Positions 12,820 to 24,242 of a stretch of 64,000 nt of DNA are shown piece after piece. Position 1 is the stretch's first letter. Each line of letters opens with the position of its first letter. The position numbers and the translations under genes were made by a program. The DNA is taken from positions 11,027,388-11,091,387 of the forward strand of contig NC_057750.1 in the NCBI RefSeq assembly GCF_004010195.1. Reading direction: 5' to 3'. Under the pieces are notes generated by a model, which worked only from the letters and a program-made list of their open reading frames with translations, was not told the origin of the DNA and did no database searches. The stretch is from Chiloscyllium plagiosum (Eukaryota).

Positions 12820-14396
12820 ACCGACTGTCTATTGCTGTCACCTTCCCCCCCCCCCCCCCGATCTGCTTGCCTATGAATTTCTGTTTCGTGTCCTGTCTCA
12901 AAAAACCACACCCCCTCTCCATTCCTAAGCCCCACCTCACACTACCCTCTTTCCCCCACAACCCCCAAACCTCTAATCAGAGTGCTCTGTTCGTAAGAAT
13001 TATAGGAATTTGATGTCATAGATACTCAATGAAATCCTGGTCTTCCATGATCACCTTATCCCAAATATGGGAATGATGTCATTAGAGAGGTCGCTTCATT
13101 CACAGCACTGTGCGTGATCAGTCTGATTGCAGGAGATCAGAATTATCCAGCACACTCTGCTTACAGAAACGGAGGGGGTGGGGAAGACAGAGTCGTGTTG
13201 CTGGAAAAGCACAGCAGGAAAGGCAGCATCCGAGGAGCAGGAGAATTGACATTTTGGTCATAAGCCCTTCAAGACTTTTTAGAATAGGCTGATTGTCCCT
13301 TCTCGCTTTCAATGTACTGTCAGTTTCAGGAGGTCAAGTTATGAATAGACCTCTGCGGGGGAGGTGGCCTTTTCAATTTACTCCCGCTTTTGATCTGCAG
13401 AGTGAATTTATCTTCTCACTCTCAAAAGGGAAGGGTCTGCAATGGTGCTGTCTTAGCTTGTGGTGTGTAGCTGGACCAGAGCAATAATCCATTTTGAACA
13501 CTACCTAACCTTTTGGTTTCCTTGATGTACTCATCTGCAATATTAGAAGCAGTGATTCTCTGGGTTCTTCAGTAAGCTTTGTTGGGGTTAGGGTGAGGAC
13601 TGAGCCTCAGAAACTGGATGCACCCCACCCAACCTGTACAAAATGACATAAATGCAATCTTAGCTAGTGAACAGGGTAGGTTGGTCACTGGCCTCACCAT
13701 CCCTGAGCTTTCTGTAGGATTTTGACGTGACACTTACACACAGCAGTAGTGCATATTTCTGCCACCAGCACTGCCTACTCTACATTTCTGCTCTAATACT
13801 CTGAAGTGATTTACTTTGCTGGAGATCAGATCTTTTCACAATTTGTATGAAAAGAATGCTGCTTGTTGTTTAAGATCCAAATTGCATGGCTGTGTTGCCA
13901 TGGGTTAATTGGAAAGTGAACAACTAGGTGCTGCAAGTGTTTTGTCTGTCAAAAAGGATAAGGTTCAATCACTCTTGGAAAGGGCTTCCTTGGTGCAAAT
14001 TGCACCTGCACAGTCTCATTTGCGGCTATTTAATGACCGAGATCAAATCCTGCTGAAATCATAGCATCCTGGGTTAATGGACAAGATCTTAAATTTGACT
14101 TGTGCCAATGAGTTAGGGAGGACTGGAGCAGGCTGGGGAAGCATTGGTATTCAGTCACTGACCATGATTGACCCTCTTGCAGGGAATCAATCGACCTGAG
14201 TCCCTGGAAGAGTATAGTGGGAGGGAGTGGGTGTCACAGCAGCATCCCTTTGTTAATGCTGCTTTAATAGATGTTTATTTACAGACAAGAGGATGATGCA
14301 AGTCACTTTATTGGTACCACCCATATAACGTTCAGCCATAAACACCACCATTTTCAGCCTAACAATCTGTGAAGTTGCCAGACTTGTGCACCAGTT

Positions 14397-14402
14397 AATA
14401 AA
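14397..14402 (+). terminator. Candidate BCKDHA polyadenylation signal (3' UTR about 1.6 kb)
   Basis: First AATAAA I found after the stop codon, followed by a G/T-rich tract. Confidence 0.5.
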
Positions 14403-14548
14403 ATATTTGTTCGGGGGTGGGGGTTGTCAGTCCTGTCCAATTGTGGTTATACTCTGTACAGACATGTTGTAGTGCAGCTACCAGTTCCCTTATTAGATCC
14501 AGTATGTCATTTCTGGCTAACCAGGCCCTCTCAACTTCAACTGTGAAA

Positions 14549-14870
14549 CGGCATGGTGGCTCAATAGTTAGCTCTGCTGCCTCAGAGTACCAGCAACCCA
14601 GGTTCGATTCCATCCTCGGGCAACTGTGGAGTTTGCACATTTTCCCTGTTTCCTGCAGTGCTCCAGTTTCCTGCCACAGCCTAAAGATGTGCAGGTTAGG
14701 TGGATTTACCATGTTAAATTGTCCATAGTGTCCAAGACTGTTCACACTAGGTGGATTTCCCATGGACAATGCAGGGTAACGGGGATAGTGTAGGGGATGT
14801 AGGTCTGGATGAGATGCTCTTCAGATAATGAGTGTAGACTCAGGCCAAATGTCCTGTAGGGATTCTATGA
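14549..14870 (+). mobile_element. HE1-type SINE
   Basis: A/B boxes, ggagtttgcacat core, attctatg tail. Confidence 0.8.
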
Positions 14871-15257
14871 TTTCAACATTGATTTCATCACTGTAGATCT
14901 GGAGTTAAGTGATGCCAGACCAAGTAAGGATGGCAGATTTCCTTCCTTAAAAAACATTAATGAACTTGATGGTTTTAGCAGTTTATTGGTCACCATTAAT
15001 GAGATTAATTTCAGATATGTTAATTTAATTTTAAATTTTAACGTCAGCTATTGTGGGTTGTGAACCCACACCCTCAGAGCATTAGCCTTGGCCTCTAGAT
15101 TATCACGACACCACTGCCTCCACATCATGGAGTGAGCACTTTGGGAAAAGGCCAGTGTTCTAGGTTGAACCTCACAACTTTAAGCGGAAGTATGTTGGGG
15201 GAGGGGTCTGCTCAGTGAAGGTATGTCTTTGCGGATGATTCACACCACCCTGACCTC

Positions 15258-16676
15258 TCATACATTTCTCCCACATTGTATGTCGTTTATGGTAAGCAGC
15301 TCTAACATCCAACTGTGAGGTATTCTGTGATGTAATGTTATAGGGTAGGATGTATTCATTTCACAAGAAATGCTGGCTACTTTCTTTGCCGAGTTCATAA
15401 CAAAAGATGATACAGGATTGGAAATTCTAGCTGTGGAATCGTATGGCTTAGTGAAGGAATATCGCTTCCACAACACTGTGGTCGCAAGACAGACATTCAA
15501 TCCTTCTTCATGCTCCATGTTTTCTATTTCCAATACTCCATCAACCTCCTTTATTGTACTCACCCGATGACAGTAAAACGAGTTAGTTAATGCACCACCC
15601 TATTACATTATCATGTCCAAGTCAGAGATAGGTTGTTGAAAGTTCCCTTCCTGAAAAAACCCAATATCCTGAGGAATTGAAGGACTCTGTGTATTGTAAG
15701 TGATTTCATTACACAATGGATTATTGTGTAGTGTTATGGAAGTAGCTGGTTTGCTCTGATGGCCACCATTAATGTAATTTAGAGGGCTTGGTACAAATTG
15801 GTGATTATTTAGCAAGAGCCGAGCACCACTGATGTTACAGAACATTCCACAGTTGTGCAGATCCGATTGAGTAGAGTTCTGACAACCCAAACCAACAATG
15901 TTGCTGACCTGTGACAAGTTACAGATTGCAGAGGGTTTTGACAAGTCTCTGGAAATTTGTTCAATTCTTTTGCCGGAGTCTCTGGATTCTGCTGTTGTCA
16001 TTGGAAGGAGATGTGCTGGCACACACAAAATGACACAAACAAGCTGGCTTTTAAGGATCCCCTACAGCCCTTTCCATAAATCACAGATATAATTCGAACC
16101 AACAAGTGCATTATTTTGTCCACCACACCCCCTTCGTCTTCCAGTTTGTGTGTCTAATGTTTGTTTAAACACAGATTTTCTCTTCCTCAGAGACTTAATG
16201 CGGTTCGTGTACTGGACAAGGTCTATTTTGACTGAATGAAAATAGTTATCACAAAAATTTCCCAAGGCTCCTTACAGCCTTCCTTGTGTGCAGTAACTGA
16301 CCTCCCTATTAACAGTGCTGGGTGAACTCTGTTGTTAATGACTAACATCTCAACACTCTGTTCCTTTTTGACTCTCGCTTTCTGTTTTAATTTGGCCAGT
16401 GACATTGTAAACTCTCTTGCAGGAAACTGTTGTCAATATAAATTCCCCTGTGTTCTACTTTGATTTTTTGGCACACTAGCAATGTGTTTTGCAGCTGTTT
16501 CAGACGACCCTAGGGGGAATCTGATAGATGATAACATAACTGTAGAGTTGAGAGCTCTTTTGTTGATGTGGGACTCGGAGGGTAAAAAGGGTTTGATTAT
16601 CAACTAATGTTCACACTGGGTGTTGAACTAGAAGCGGCGTGAACAAATCTCGGTTTCATATTTATCTTCAAAACTG
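15258..16676 (-). pseudogene. Decayed large coding exon or ORF of unknown identity
   Basis: ORFs 16062-16265, 15603-16028 and 15258-15563 lie in one frame with only three internal stops; one frameshift links them to the 16223-16405 frame; acceptor-like tgtgttttgtaacag ends at 16677. Confidence 0.5.
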
Positions 16677-17004
16677 CTGTTACAAAACACAACATGTTAT
16701 TGCTGCATGTGTAATCATTGTTTTTAAAAAAAAAATAAAAATCAAGACAGTGCAAAATGTGCTTTCTCACTTTCGTGTTAAGGGTGTTGGTTGGTAACAC
16801 TGGTTCTAAAGCACAATAAAGGTAATGACTGAAGGTGCCTTTTTGTACAGGGATCCACTCGGGGAGGGGTCTAGCCAGTATTGGGGTTGGCACAGTGTAC
16901 CCAGTCTCTGGATTTAATTCTTACTGGGTGTAAAACTGATTTTAAATAGCTTTCTGCCGCAATATTACTCAAATTAAGCTCCCTTATGCCATTGTTTCAA
17001 GTGC

Positions 17005-17175
17005 TGGTGTGAAGTCAGAGGTCTCACAATGCCAGGTTACAGTCCAACAGGTTTATTTGAAATCACAAACTTCCAGAGCGCTGCTCCTTCATCAGGTGAC
17101 AAAGGAGCAGCACTCTAAAAGTTTGTGATTTCAAATAAACCTGTTGGACTATAATCTGGTGTTGTGTAATTTCTG
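17005..17175. mobile_element. PLE terminal-repeat family B, palindromic
   Basis: ccaggttacagtccaacaggtttatttgaaatcacaaac... mirrored by ...gtttgtgatttcaaataaacctgttggactataatctgg. Confidence 0.75.
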
Positions 17176-18545
17176 ATGATCATAGAAGTCCTTGAGTGAT
17201 TTTAATACAAAATTCCCAGAGCTGGGATGAGAGTCTCTGGAATTTCGAATATGTGGCACAAAGGTTTACTCCTGTCTTGGCAGTCTAAGCTTTCTCAAGT
17301 TGTGGCCTGTGGTTTCTCGTATACAGTTTTGTAACTGCAGAATTTGATGAGGGAGAGCCACGAGGATGCACTTTGGGTGACGCACTAGCAGAAGACCTCA
17401 TCAAAGGTGACTTGTTTCAGCAGTGCAGGGCAACAGCCAATTGTTGCGCTGTGACAGTTTTAATAATAAAAGTAATATTTAAGCTTGAATATTTCATCAT
17501 GTCCTCGTGTTGGTTTTCGTTTGTAGTAGTAAAATTTACTGCCTTTAACGACTTGGAGACCGAGCAACCAAATCTTACCACAGGAATTGAATTTGAACTC
17601 TTATTAATTCAATGTTTTAAAAAGTTAGCATCAAGCAATTGTGACCATGAATCATAATAATTGGAGTCATTTAGGCTGGAAACCTGCTACCTTCACAGTA
17701 CATGACTACAGCAAGACAGCAATGTGGTGGAACCTTAACTGCTATCTGAGTAAGCCCCGGCGAGAAAAGGCATATTTTCCAGGGTGTTTCGGGATGGGAA
17801 TAAACTGCTAAATCACAGTCTCCTCCTATGCGTTTCAAGAGCTTGAGTTTAAAAGATTAACAAAGTTTGGGCAGACAAAGGGATTCAGTGCCTCGGGAGA
17901 AGGAATGGGGTTGTTTTTGGGAGGGGCATCTTCACCTTCCAGTTAAATAAAATACCTTGTCAAACATCTGAAACAAAGTCCTTACTGTCACAGCCTTTGA
18001 TATGGAAACAGTTGCTGTGAAGCATTAAAAAGCTGCTGTAAAGGGGAACAAAGAGAGACACCACATTTACACAAAGCTGTTATGAACAAGAACAGGTTTG
18101 CAGCAGAGACTGGGAATTGAAGAGTTTTGCTGCTGCTTTCGTTTTGCCAGAGCTGACCAAACTGTTCAACAGGGTACCTTAAAGGGGTCACCATAAAGGA
18201 GTCTCTGGGAATATGGTACCATCAAGAAAATCAGGAGCTGAATTAAAGCAGGACAATTCTGTTCAAATGACAACCATCTCCAGGGACTCAAATGAAATAC
18301 AGCTGTTGGTGGAAACTGATTTGCTTTAGGTGAAAAAGTGAAGTCTTATATACTAAGTGCTGAGTTGGGGAACTTTGGAACAACATATAGTGCCACACAT
18401 CTGCAGCGACTGATGCAGATGTTTGTGATTTTGTGGGACGTGTTTATTTTATCAATTAATTAAAGTGAAACACTCATTTTTATGTACTATTCGCCTGTAA
18501 TCAGCCTGTCCTCTTATTGACTGTAAATGGTCACCATTGAATAAT

Positions 18546-18651
18546 TCCTGTTATGTTGATTCCTGAAGAAGGGCTTATGCCCGAAACGTCGATTCTCCTG
18601 TTCCTTGGATGCTGCCTGACCTGCTGCGCTTTTCTAGCAACACATTTTCAG
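18546..18651 (+). mobile_element. PLE terminal-repeat family A insertion with 14-bp TSD
   Basis: caccattgaataat at 18532-18545 and 18652-18665. Confidence 0.85.
18558..18595 (+). ncRNA. Minimal type I hammerhead ribozyme motif (intact core)
   Basis: gattc-CTGAAGA-A-GGGC-ttat-GCCC-GAAAC-GTC-gattc: both conserved boxes, 4-bp stem II, palindromic ACGT in place of helix III, GUC cleavage triplet, stem I 4 of 5 bp. Confidence 0.75.
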
Positions 18652-19531
18652 CACCATTGAATAATATAAAGGTTGCAATGTGCAACATTCAAGTGAGACA
18701 TTAATAAGCAGACTCTATAAAATACACAGACTTTAATCAAACAATTAATTTAATTAACAATTAAAAAAACCTTCAGCAATCTCTGGTCACAGTCTGTCAC
18801 TGGTTCGGTACAGTTCATCATCTGAATCTTTACAAACCAAGAAGTATTAATTTCTCCTGAGCGCAATCTCACAGATGATGAAAGCCTAGACATTGCTTTC
18901 ACAACCTACCCACCACTTCTCTCTCCCTCTCAGTGCATTGGCTCTACAGCCATCTGCGTTTTGGTCATTATTGACCAAGAGGTGAAGTACAAAAGGAAAC
19001 ATTATTTGAGAGGGACCCATCACATAGGGAGAAATAAAATTTTTGCCTTGGTTGCACAAGGATAGAAGAGCTGGCATCAAAAACCCTTCTCAATCAAAGT
19101 AGAGTCATTTGGTTCTTTGGACAGATCATCCCTTTGAAGGCAAGAATTTCTTCACCCATCCCCAATTGCCCTTAAAATGGTGGAAAAGATTGTCTACCTG
19201 TTTTAATCACATTCTGGAATGGATCTTGAACCCAAAGCTTCAATGTCAGAGATTTCTTTGCAAACATAGATCAGACAGTGACTCTACAAAAGCCACGGTG
19301 CAGGCAGGTAAGCAAGTTCAAACCAGCCTACACTGAAGGACACAACCTTTTCAAAGGTTCTTCCTTAATCTAGTGTTTCTTTACATAGATTTGCATCCCT
19401 TAGACATCAGTTTTTATTTTTAGAAAGGGTATTTTTCACACAAACTTTATTCCTGCTTTTATTAAGTAAGTGGGAAGAACTCTCAGGCTAACTTCCAGCT
19501 TAAACCATATCACAAATGCTCTTTCCTTAGA

Positions 19532-19673
19532 TAAAAATCACACACCGGGTTATAGTCCAACGGGTTTATTTGAAAGTACTAGCTTTTGGAGCGCTGTTTC
19601 TTCATCAGGTGGTGATCCTGTTGTGTGATTTTTAACTTTGTACGCCCCAGTCCAACACCGGTATCTCCAAATC
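19532..19673. mobile_element. PLE terminal-repeat family B in the probable B3GNT8 3' UTR
   Basis: Minus strand reads ctgatga-agaaac-agc-gctcc-aaaagcta, then aaataaa; ttcctt on both flanks. Confidence 0.75.
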
Positions 19674-20462
19674 GTTCCTTCCATATCAATCATGGTCTGA
19701 TGTGGGACTCAACCTAGTGCTTCTGACAGAGAGACAGGGACACTACCACCACACAAGACCTCCCAGAAACTCTCTGTAAAAGCACAGTGCCATTTTCTTT
19801 TTTTAAAAAAAAACAATCTGTTCAGAGATGTTATGACACACCTCTGGAGCAGGTGGGATATGAATCAAGACCTCCTGGCTCAGAGTAGGGACACTATCAC
19901 TGCACCACAAGAGCCCCTATACAATAACTGTGTGTTCTTCTAAGGTGTATTCTCAGGAACCTGTTAGAGGTGTTACTACACAGCTCTGCAGCAGGTAGGA
20001 TTAGAGTCCAGGTTTTTTGGTTCAGAGGAACGGATACTACCACAGTGCAATAAGGCAATCCAGAACTGCCATTTATATCACACAAAGTATACATTTGTAT
20101 ACCATTTGCCTCCCAATTATACTCTAATTGACAGCAGAAAATGCTGCCATCTCTCTGCAGAGCAAGCAGCACTTGTAAACGTTAACATATGTGTAGGCTG
20201 ACCTTTCACCAGAACCAGAAGACCTCAAGAGTATCTGATTGATACTAAAGCAGCCGTATTGATAGCTACACCTCTTGCAGCTTTTTCTTTTCCACCTTCA
20301 GCTTTCAGAGAATGGGAAATTCCTCCCATTTTCAGGAATCTTCAGCTCCACAGGGAGGAAAATGAAGTGGGAGTCAATGAGAATTTTTCAGAAAACCACT
20401 TCATGCCTGATGCTTTGGGGAAAGGATCATCCCCTTGGCAGGAAGCATGGGAGGGGCAGACA

Positions 20463-21695
20463 CTAGCACTTGAGGTCTGGGCTGCGCAGAGCTCTCCAGA
20501 GTAGAGCCGTTTGCCTGGGGCTGCGCTGATGTACGAGGATCAGGTTGATGTGGGCGCAGGGATTATCTCGGTGCTTGGGCTCAATGTCGAATGTCTGGAA
20601 GCCAGAGTGATGCAGTAAGCTAATCTTGAGTGCCATGAAGCACATCCCAGTGAAAACATCATCAATTGGGAAGAATGGGATGTAGTGAGAGACTTTGTAG
20701 AGAGATCTGACCAGGCTCCCCGAGTACAGGAAACCCCCACCCCCAGCATAAGCTGGGTAGGCCCCATCGTAGAAGGATTTGGGAATGCTGTACTTGCTTT
20801 TCTTGTCTCGGAGTGGCGTGGCATTCAAGATGGTCTGTCCAACATAAAGTTGGCTGCTTATGTCATCGCTCAGTGATTTCAAGTATGTCACCATCACGGG
20901 CGTGTTAACGAACACGTCATCATCCCCCTTGAAGACGTACCGGACATGGGGGCAGTGGACTGTGGCCCACTTGAGGAACAGATAGTCCTTCAGGGTGAGG
21001 TTAAACAGAGTGTCTTTGAATTCCCACTGGAGGATATCCCTGTACAGCCTGTTCTCAAATTCCAGCAGCCTCCAGAGGTCGGGGCCATCGCCCACGTTGG
21101 AGGCCGAGCCCAGGAGGAAGACAGTGCGGACCTGCATTCCCTCCACGGTGCTCTCTTTACCCCAGGTCTCGCGGATGGCCTGCCTCCTCTCAAAGTTAGC
21201 GGCTACCGACTTGATCACGAGAAGCAAGAAGGTGTCACTGTCGCACTTGTCTGGCTGGTCGATCCGTTGGGGGTAGTCCTTGCAGTTCATGTAGCGCAGG
21301 AAGTCCCCGTGGGACTCAGAGAAGGAGTAGGCCTCAAGCACCTCAGGCCCCATTCCGGCTTCGATGCAGTTGGACGAGGGGCTGTAGGAGGAGGTACCGT
21401 TGAGAATCAGGCGATCGAGCAGCTGGAACATCTGGTGCTGCCTGTGGTTCCAGAAGTTGTTCTTCTCGGGGATAAATTTCTTGAAGCCGGAAGAAATGTT
21501 GACCAGAGAGATCTTACTTTCATTAGTGGCCAAGCTGGGATAGGAGACGTTTGTAGCATTCAGCCAATTATTGTGGACGTATACTCTCTGCACAAGAACT
21601 TGTATCAGGTCTTTGGAATGCCAGCTCAGAAAAATATGGAGCGTAGCAAGACCTAACACAGCCACCACTGCTAGGCGTAACTTGGAGTGTGCCAT
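20463..21695 (-). CDS. B3GNT8: UDP-GlcNAc:betaGal beta-1,3-N-acetylglucosaminyltransferase (GT31), 410 aa, single coding exon; probable B3GNT8 orthologue
   Basis: Type II TM N-terminus; motifs LLLVIKS, RRQAIRETWG, FNLTLKD, FKGDDDVFVN, YPAYAGGGG, PIDDVFTGMC, C-terminal LW..L.SP.L.C. Acceptor ttcctattccag sits 11 nt before the ATG (exon starts 21706). It lies tail-to-tail with BCKDHA as human B3GNT8 does; the paralog call rests mainly on that synteny. Confidence 0.85.
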   Translation of the reverse strand: MAHSKLRLAVVAVLGLATLHIFLSWHSKDLIQVLVQRVYVHNNWLNATNVSYPSLATNESKISLVNISSGFKKFIPEKNNFWNHRQHQMFQLLDRLILNGTSSYSPSSNCIEAGMGPEVLEAYSFSESHGDFLRYMNCKDYPQRIDQPDKCDSDTFLLLVIKSVAANFERRQAIRETWGKESTVEGMQVRTVFLLGSASNVGDGPDLWRLLEFENRLYRDILQWEFKDTLFNLTLKDYLFLKWATVHCPHVRYVFKGDDDVFVNTPVMVTYLKSLSDDISSQLYVGQTILNATPLRDKKSKYSIPKSFYDGAYPAYAGGGGFLYSGSLVRSLYKVSHYIPFFPIDDVFTGMCFMALKISLLHHSGFQTFDIEPKHRDNPCAHINLILVHQRSPRQTALLWRALRSPDLKC

Positions 21696-21777
21696 TCCCC
21701 TCTAACCTGGAATAGGAAAGCGAAAGTATTAAAACAAGGTTCTCATCCAACTGTACAATAACAATTTTTTTTTTTAA

Positions 21778-22065
21778 GATTACATTACAGTGTGGAAACA
21801 GGCCCTTCGGCCCAACAAGTCCACACCGACCCGCCGAAGCACAACCCACCCATTCCCCTGCATTTACCCCTTACCTAAGGCTACGGGCAATTTAGCATGG
21901 CCAATTCACCTGACCTGCACATTTTTGGACTGTGGGAGGAAACCGGAGCACCCGGAGGAAACCCACGCAGACACGGGGAGAACGTGCAAACTCCACACAG
22001 TCAGTCGCCTGAGGCGGGAATTGAACCCGGGTCTTAGGCGCTGTGAGGCAGCAGTGCTAACCACT
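21778..22065 (-). mobile_element. HE1-type SINE (young)
   Basis: Near-perfect match to the other HE1 copies. Confidence 0.85.
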
Positions 22066-23082
22066 AAATTTGAATTTATATAGCACAGTAAAGGAATTTC
22101 AATAAGCCACTCTAGGGCAAAGTCTCAGTAAAAGTGGTAGGGTTCCAAGGAATGTCTTAAAACAGGAGTGGGATTTCCAGAGCTCAGGCCCAGGCACAGC
22201 CACGAATGGAAGTGCAATGGAAAACAGAAATACTCAGGAGGCCAGGGTTACAGAACCTCCGATATCTCTGAGTGTAACAGGGCTGGAGAAGGTTACAGTG
22301 GAGGGGTTTAGTCAACACGACCAGGATGTATATCCAATCCACTCAGCATCCAATAGTACTTTAGAATGAGAGTCTAATTCATATTCGCCTTTCAGTAACT
22401 GATGATCACACTCGAGTCCAGAGGGAAGGGGAGAAGTCCTGGCTCCTGTGCCTCAGTTTTGCATTAGGAGGGTAGTTTAGGATCATACACTCCACATTGC
22501 TTAGAATTTGTAACAAATCCAACATGATCTCAACAAAATATAGGATGAAGAAATAGATGGGGAGTCATCTAGACTCAAACGTTAGTTTGCTCTCGCAAAA
22601 CGGGTGCTGCCTGACCCGCTGTGAATTCCAGCATATTTTGGACATAAGGGGCTGGTCAGGGTTGATTCTGTCAAGACATTGCCTCACCCTGGCTGGATAA
22701 TGGAGAACGAGGGGAACGTAGTCCCAGGAGAAGCAGTCATCCAAACCAGACTGAGTGATGGAATTTCTTCACATGAAGGATTGCAAATTCGGAATTCTCT
22801 ACCCTGGGGAGCTGTGAATTCTCAGTGATTGAATATATTGAAGACATGAACTTTGTTTTAATTTGAACTACAGTCATGGCTGAAGCAGGCACAAACAGTC
22901 ATGCTACAATAGTCAAATAATCTGTTTCTGTAATGTTGTTTGAGGGGCAAACCCTGTCTAGGACACCAGAGAGAAGGATACTGTGCTATTCTTCAAAATT
23001 GTATCCCAGGATCTTTTTCATCTACCACAAAGCCTTGGTCTAATGTCTCATCTGAAAAGAGAACAGGGCAGCATTCCTTCAA

Positions 23083-23303
23083 AGTTGAAAATGTGTTGCT
23101 GGAAAAGCGCAGCAGGTCAGGCAGCATCCAAGGAGCAGGAGAATCGACGTTTCGGGCATGAGCCCTTCTTCAGGAATCTAAGAAGGACTCATACCCGAAA
23201 CGTCTATTCTCCTGCTCCTTGGATGCTGCCTGACCTGCTGCGCTTTTCCAGCAACACATTTTCAGCTCTGATCTCCAGCATCTGCAGTCCTCACTTTCTC
23301 CTC
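23083..23303. mobile_element. Palindromic PLE terminal-repeat family A with 14-bp TSD
   Basis: About 90-bp inverted arms; TSD cagcattccttcaa at 23069-23082 and 23304-23317. Confidence 0.85.
23141..23178 (-). ncRNA. Minimal hammerhead ribozyme motif (intact core)
   Basis: Minus strand: gattc-CTGAAGA-A-GGGC-tcat-GCCC-GAAAC-GTC-gattc. Confidence 0.75.
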
Positions 23304-24242
23304 CAGCATTCCTTCAATACTGCACTGCAGTTTCAGCCTTCCTTGTGTGTTTAAGTTGTGCTGGGGTTCATGAACCTTGGAGCTTGTGAGATGATGGTGC
23401 TACAAACAGAGAGTGATATTGTTGGCTAACTGCTGGAAGTCACTGCTGAATTTTACAACTCCCAGGCTGTGCTGTCGGACTGCTGTCCAAACCTCTGCAG
23501 GTCATTGTCACTGTCACAGAATCCATTCAGGGTTAGTTAGTAGGTGGATACATATTCGGCATGGGTGGATGGGGATTGTAACATGAAAGTATTATACTTC
23601 TGTCAGGAAGCCCTGGCTGGACGGGAATGGAAGGAAAGACACAAATGGAGGGGGGGAAAGAGAGAGTGGGAGAGAGAAAGACAGACAAACAGACAGAGAG
23701 AGAGAGACACACACACAGAGCCGAATACAATATCAATCCAGAACTAAATCTCTGTGGGACCTGCTGAGTCTTGCCTCAGTCACACGGTGGCTGATAGCAC
23801 AGGCCAGAACAGGAAGAATCGTTGGTGGTGAAATGAAAAGTAAATTCCTGTTGTTTCACAAAACAGCATGGCGTTTAATCAGAAGATTCCTGGGATCTGT
23901 ATCAGCTAGACAGTTTTCGTTGTTTCAACAAGTGATCGCAAGCCTGATCAGCTCAGGGTGATCACACAACACTAAACAGAGTTGAAACGTGTGGCTCTAG
24001 AAAAGCACAGCAGGATTCCTGCCCAAAACGTCGACTCTCCTGCTCCTCGGATGCTGCCTGACCTGCTGTGCTTTTCCAGCACCACACTTTTCGACTCTGA
24101 TCTCCAGCATCTGCAGCTTTCACTTTCTCCTACCATACATTGGATCCTGATCTGACGACATGAATCTAGCTCTTTGTTTGAGCTGGTTTTCCCAAATTTC
24201 AGCTGTTGTAACAGCATACTGCCATTAAACTATCCCAAAACA

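Larger units (their letters stand above)
22880..23390 (-). mobile_element. Old SINE, probably Deu-domain (SacSINE-like), interrupted by a PLE repeat
   Basis: aataatctgttt...tgttgtttgagggg...aggacacc...ctattcttcaaaat...gtctcatctgaaa; related fragments at about 6920-7160, 26850-27080, 41110-41220 and 56340-56910. Confidence 0.5.

Noticed and set aside
19700..20055. tRNA-like sequences with A/B boxes (also the HE1 heads)
   Set aside because: Decayed tRNA-derived SINE heads; no complete cloverleaf.
20946..21656. 236-aa plus-strand ORF
   Set aside because: Antisense shadow of the GC3-rich B3GNT8 coding sequence; no recognisable domain.
22983..23354. Recurring short ORFs such as MLPDLLRFSSNTF and LLLLGCCLTCCAFPA
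   Set aside because: Translations of the non-coding PLE terminal repeat, not genes.
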